Part shown: piece by piece, positions 60,986 through 64,000 of the stretch
Layout of the letters: the number at the start of each line of letters is the position of its first letter
Position numbering within the stretch: position 1 is the first letter of the stretch
NCBI GenBank assembly: GCA_963764625.1
Contig: CAVXTH010000009.1
Coordinates: 448,001 to 512,000 of the forward strand
From: Candidatus Krumholzibacteriota bacterium
Lineage (GTDB): Bacteria > Krumholzibacteriota > Krumholzibacteriia > JAJRXK01
DNA: 64,000 nt
Direction: 5' to 3'
Notes under the pieces: model-generated
What the model saw: only the letters and a program-made list of their open reading frames with translations
What the model was told of the DNA's origin: nothing
Database searches by the model: none
Made by a program: the position numbers and the translations under genes

Positions 60986-63900
60986 CTAACGCAGCAGAGG
61001 TGATCCGGCGGGTCTGTACCGTGCCGGGAATTTGCAGCCTTGCGAAGTAGGTGCCCGAAGCGAGCGCGGCTCCGCTGTCATCTCGTCCCGTCCAGCTGGC
61101 GCTGTGCGTTCCAGAAGTCTCCTCCTCGTCAACGAGTGTTGCGACCCGCCGGCCTCGCACGTCGAACACCTCGAGGCTCACGCGTCCTGCGCGTGGCAGC
61201 CGGTAGTTCAGAAGGGTTCGCCCGCCAAAGGGATTCGGGCTCGGGGGCGCGAACCAAAACTGCGTCGCCGCAATGGGCGTGGCCGCGGTGCCGAGAAGCG
61301 CTGTCCGCAGGTCTGTCTCGGTCAACGAGTTGTACGGAAGCCCGATCCAGGGACTGAATTCGAAATAGGGACTGCGCGAGCGAAAGCGCAGCCGCCAGTG
61401 ATACGCGGTCTCCGAAGTGGCACCGGTGACGGGCTGCTCGAGAGCGACCGCGCTCCCTGCCGAAGTGGGTGCACCCGTGTCGGTGTAGGGACCCCTCTGG
61501 AGCACCCCATCGAACGGGACTCCGACCGGCTTCACCTCGTATTCCATTTGGACTCTGGTACGTCCCGCCGGGCATCGGCCCAGCGCCTTTAGGGCCCAGG
61601 CGGTTTGGACGTTGGACGCGCCGAGCAAATCGATCGGGGCCGAACCGTCGTACTGCGCCTGGCGCGGTATCTTGGGGAGACCGTTGCCGTCGTTGCCAGG
61701 GTGCAGGTAGATCTGATCGAAGCCCCACTTGGTCACCAGCAAATCGGTAAAACCGTCTCCGTTCACGTCGCCGGCGGTGGCAACGACTTGGCCCATCGAA
61801 GCATCAGCCTGATTCGATTCGAAGAACCACTCGTCGCCGATCGGAGGAAAGCTCGACGGTGCGCCGAAGAATACCGTCACCTTCCCCTCGAATTGCTGGC
61901 CATGACTGTACCGCGGCGAGCCGACCACGATATCAGAATACCCGTCTCCATTCAGGTCGCCTGCGTAGCCAACCGAGAGCCCCAGATTCTCACCCAAAGT
62001 CCCCAGGCGACTCCAAGCCTCGTTTTCGTCGATCCCCGTTGGACCACCCAGGTGCACTTGCACGATTCCGTCGAGCGATTGACCCCCGAGCACGATGTCC
62101 GAGTATCCGTCACCGTTCAAATCGCCGGCACTATCCACCGCCACGAGATTGGTGCTGGGAGTGCTCAACCAACAATAGGCCTGGGGGATGAGTTGAAGCC
62201 CAGAGGGAGATCCGAGGTACACCATCGCCACTCCGCGGTTGTCGCCGAAACCGGAGAGCGTCCGAAAATTCCCGACGAGCACGTCAGAATACCCGTCGGC
62301 GTTGACATCTCCGGCGCTCGCCACCGTGTTTCCCACGCCCTCTCGCGTGACGGACCACGAGGGCGATGTCTCCAAACCGGTGGCGGACCCACGGAACAAA
62401 TATGCCGTGGAACTGCCAACCCCATCCGCTCCCACCAAGACGTCTCCGTAACCGTCTCCATCGACGTCGCCAGCATCCGAAACGGCAGATCCGAACAAGC
62501 TGTTCTGCGCGTCTCCCACTTTGGACCACGAGGACGTAATGGAGAGTCCACTCGGACCTCCGTCGAACTCGAAGACCTTCCCTTCACCACCTTGGCTGGC
62601 GTTGAAATCGGGGTCGCCCACCAGTACGTCGGTGTACCCGTCGCCGTTGACATCCCCAGCGAGCGAGACCGAAGCTCCATACGACTGAGGTGCCGCTCTG
62701 CGAGCTCGACCAGGAGGGACTCGTCGACAGCCCGTACGCAGTTCCCAGATACAGGCGGGCGCGCCCATGCCCGGACATGAAGTTGCTGTAGTTGGGGGCG
62801 CCGACGATGACGTCCGAATAGCCGTCGCCGTTCACGTCTCCCGCCGTCGAAGCCGCGTGTCCGTTGTCGGTATCGGCGGCTCCGTCCGAAGCGATCCAAC
62901 CGGGCGCCTCCGAGGGATATCGTTGTCCACCCGTAAAGACCCACGCTGTGCCGAGGTTGGAGTAGTTGGGACTCGTGAGATCGCGGTAGGGTTCTCCTAC
63001 GATGATCTCGGAGAAGCCATCCCCATTGACGTCTCCCGCGGTGCACACGGCGCTGCCGAATTGCGTATCGAAAGAGCCAGAAGTTCGTGTACAGGGGGAC
63101 GTCGAGGGTCCAGCGGAACTCCCGAAATACACGGAAATGTGTCCCTGGTATCCCGGTGCGCCCGGGCTGCCGACGATGATCTCGGCGTAGCCGTCGCCGT
63201 CAAGGTCACCTGCGGTGGACACTGCGATACCGTAACGCTGCCCGGTGACCACCCCGACCTGAGTCCAGACCGGCGTGGTGGCCAGACCAGTGGGACCTCC
63301 CAGATACACGTCGGCCCTGCCCACCACGTCGACTAAATTCGGTGTGTACTTGGGAGCACCCACGATCACGTCGGCGTAGCCGTCGCCATTGACGTCACCT
63401 GCAGTGCAAACCGAGGTGCCGAGTTGTGAACCCAAGCCCCCCGTGACGGACCAATTCTCCGTGCCTCCGATCCCAGAAGGGGATCCGTAATAGGCGAAGA
63501 CCTTGCCGTTGTCGTTGGCAGTGTTCCCGAACGCGTCGTAGCCCGGTGCTCCCACGAGGATGTCGTCATAGCCGTCGCCGTTGACATCGCCCGCAGTCGC
63601 TACCCAGCTGCCAAAATGTGCGCTTTCGGTCCAACCAAAGAGGACTGCATCGTAGGAAGTCGAAGGTCCACTGGGAGAGCCATAGTAGACATAGACTGCG
63701 CCAGACTCGGCCCCCAATAGACCGCCCCCGACACCACGGGCACCCACGACGACATCGGCATACCCATCGCCGTTGACGTCGCCAGCCGTGCATACCGAGC
63801 TGCCGAACAGGGCGCCGGCCAGGTTGATTTCGGCCGTCCAGTCGGGGCTGCCCGAGATCGGGTTGGGCGCGGTAGAGCCGAACCAGATGTAAGCGCGCCC

Positions 63901-64000
63901 TTCCCCAGATTCGCCGTTGGTGTATTGCCAGGCGCCGACGATGACGTCGTCGTAACCGTCGCCGTTGACATCGCCGGCCGCCGAAACCGAGTTTCCAAGA
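60986..64000 (-). CDS. Large FG-GAP/integrin-alpha repeat protein with FlgD-Ig tail (runs off window; several frameshifts)
   Basis: Many AGDVNGDGYxDxxVGxP repeats across three frames; PNPF...SGTYFARL tail. Confidence 0.85.

Overview
High-GC bacterial DNA. Many secreted proteins end in a PNPFNP-type FlgD/Ig domain, which suggests a Latescibacterota/Krumholzibacteriota/Eisenbacteria-type lineage (inference). Bases 1-22.4 kb look like core genome: nrtR-nadA, yceI, AmmeMemoRadiSam B and radical SAM, mscS, a YtrA-ABC operon, rhomboid, Nfu, carbamate kinase, thiD, an M14 peptidase and CBS-korAB-CBS. Four lipoprotein genes follow (22.7-27.9 kb). From 27,989 to the end, the window is a head-to-tail array of ten same-orientation ori ends (ACGGATAGTGGATTGTATA) of one IS91/ISCR-like HUH rolling-circle element. 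One copy is full length (49334-51123), one is a 702-bp two-ended mini element, and the rest are ori-side stubs of 40-1280 bp. Apart from the 40-bp stub, each is followed by unrelated cargo, mostly secreted or envelope proteins. One ori+cargo unit is present twice, and genes are cut exactly at ori ends. This looks like a rolling-circle-built gene-collection array, an integron analogue without integrase or attC sites. The cargo includes a secreted Cys-rich peptide-Hint fusion next to a beta-propeller, an ECF sigma/Ser-Thr kinase pair, an AIPR fragment, and IS3, IS30, IS66 and IS256 pieces. Scattered single-base frameshifts suggest an error-prone assembly, so pseudogene calls are tentative. All coordinates were read by eye.
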